From Callorhinchus milii (lineage: Eukaryota), in contig NW_024705367.1 in assembly GCF_018977255.1 (NCBI RefSeq), positions 1 to 51,448 on the forward strand: 51,448 bases of DNA, in the 5' to 3' direction. This document shows positions 49,669-51,448 of this stretch, one piece after another; positions within the stretch are counted from its first letter, which is position 1, and the number at the start of each line of letters is the position of its first letter. The notes below the pieces were generated by a model. The model did not search any database. It worked only from the letters and a program-made list of their open reading frames with translations, and was not told where the DNA came from. The translations under genes were made by a program, and so were the position numbers.

Positions 49669-49995
49669 CTGAGCAGATGACGCCGGCATCATAGGAGTGT
49701 GAACCTCCGTAATAGTAATGCCAGGGCCATGAGGAACAACGGCTCAGCGCAGACTCGCTCCCTCTGCACCGCACATCCCACGTCACAACGTGACCTGAGC
49801 CTTCGCCAAAGTGAGCGTCTCCTGATGCTGACAGCGCGGCTCCACAGCCCAACTCCTTACACACCACAGCCGCGTCCAACATATCCCAACCACCGTCACC
49901 AAAACCATCGCCATAAACTGTGCCCCACTGTCCTCCATAGTAAACCTCCACTCTTCCGGCACACGGGCTGCCGCTATTCACCAGCCTCACACCCT
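49669..49995 (-). CDS. SRCR gene copy D, exon 3: intact single SRCR domain
   Basis: ORF 49661-49990; acceptor ttttacag| and donor TCAG|gtaaat on the minus strand; 327 nt (6 nt shorter at the N-terminus than A). Confidence 0.95.
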
Positions 49996-51448
49996 CTGTA
50001 AAACATCAAACAAAATATTCAGATTCTGCTCCCTATTGGACTTGCAGTCAGCCAGGATGATGCAATACATTTTACATGTGCGGAGCGCCAATCACATTGG
50101 GAGAGTGTCGCAGTGGTAAACAATACAACAGCAATAACAATGATTATAATGGTTGTAGTGAGTGCTGGCGATATTCAGTCCGCAACCCGGATATCACGTT
50201 AACAGCAGCAGCTTATTACACAACTAACTGTGCTCGTTACAGCTACTTTTGCGAGCAAAAGATAGAGGTATTATAATTTATATTGTTACACTTTACATTA
50301 GATTATTATAATTAACTAAACTTTATACTTGTTTAGGATTATTATACATTATATACATTTTTTACTTTATATTTAGACTGCCGAGCAGTACGAATTTTGA
50401 GCCAATTTTCCGCACTCCAAATGCCTCTGTTTACAGAGCAGCCAGAAGGAACCCACTAGTCAATGGGGATCATTTTGCAGGGATAATAATTCATTCAAAA
50501 ATAGAATAATTTGTTCACTCGATCCATAGCTTTTGATGGACACCGTTGTGCGCGATTCTCTGCCGCGATTCGCCCACAAAATATATAGACGTTTCATAAC
50601 GCAGTTGGTTCTGTGATGCGCAACGAGATGTTTTGGCGCCATATTAAATTCAAGGATAATCTTATTGTAATTTATTTAAGATCACAGTAGACTGTTATAT
50701 GTTAAACCATTTTGTTATACTTAACGTTAAATAATACATAAAAAATACAAATTATATAAGATTATTATACAAAATACAACAATTGGAGATTCCCCAAAAA
50801 TTATGCCCAGATTCCACCCAAAATTTGTTACAGAGTATATTACTACATGTGTATCGTATAAATTACAACATATGTGTCTCACGAGAACAGAATGATTTTG
50901 TTGCGGAATATCGTGCAAACCTCATAATTTGGGACAGAGTTAACTGTCTATTTCATCGATCAATGGTAGGAAATCCCCCAAAGTGTCCCTGTGCCATTCG
51001 CCCATGCAAGACATTTTCTTTGAGTTGTAAATCAGTTCTCTTATTAAATCGGTTAATGCGCTATTGGTAGATACACAGATGCACGCACAGAGGCAGATAT
51101 TGTCGTTTTATTAGTGCATTTATAGATCAGGTGTGTGACAAAACAACTTACATAATTCATATGCAAACACAGAGAGATAGAAACTGAACAGTGCAACATG
51201 GTATGAGCTGCAGCCTCACAGCTCTAGCAGCTCAGGCATAATCATTCCGGGTGTGTGGGGTTGGTTTGGGGTATAAAATATCGGCATAACATACAGAGGA
51301 CCACAGGATCATCGGACCACAGACCACCAAACTGAAATCGAGAGCAGTCCCAACACCAGGCACAGTCTCCCCGCCGACCAGGGCACAAATCCTGCCCAGG
51401 CACAAACTATCCTCAGTGCAGAGCCCATCGCAGCGAGGCACAAGCCGT

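Larger units (their letters stand above)
43234..51448 (-). repeat. Segmental duplication unit, copy D (inverted; intact SRCR exon and longest view of the downstream intron)
   Basis: ~47170-51448 is the reverse complement of copy C ~38910-43203; 43234-47170 extends beyond what the other copies show. Confidence 0.92.

Overview
Vertebrate genomic DNA, most likely a cartilaginous fish such as a chimaera. This is inferred from tRNA-Ala-headed SINEs with an L2-type (AmnSINE/Deu-SINE-like) tail and from abundant L2 LINE ends; no database check was possible. The window is four contigs separated by N-gaps (14492-14521, 25981-26005, 43204-43233). Each contig holds a copy of the same segmental unit (at least ~15 kb), in alternating orientation: A + (1-14491), B - (14592-25980), C + (28298-43203), D - (43234-51448). 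Each unit carries all or part of a small spliced gene that the ORF track does not show. It has a 25-nt ATG exon and a 36-nt exon (together a putative leader METLFLIFVIFLERKMLESA), then a single 327-333-nt scavenger receptor cysteine-rich (SRCR) exon, all joined in phase 1. The SRCR domain lacks the C2-C7 disulfide pair and has an enlarged Gly/aromatic loop. It differs between copies far more than the adjacent intron does, with changes clustered in three patches around an invariant core, so it looks like a diversified family of single-SRCR recognition proteins. The units also contain a ~170-bp tandem CCAAT/GC-box promoter-like repeat with a divergent first exon, nested L2 fragments, copy-specific SINE insertions, several motif-defined G/T-rich degenerate repeats, and (seen only in copy D) an array of about 18-20 CTCF-like conserved cores. 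Almost all other ORFs in the track are artefacts of simple repeats. All counts are by hand.
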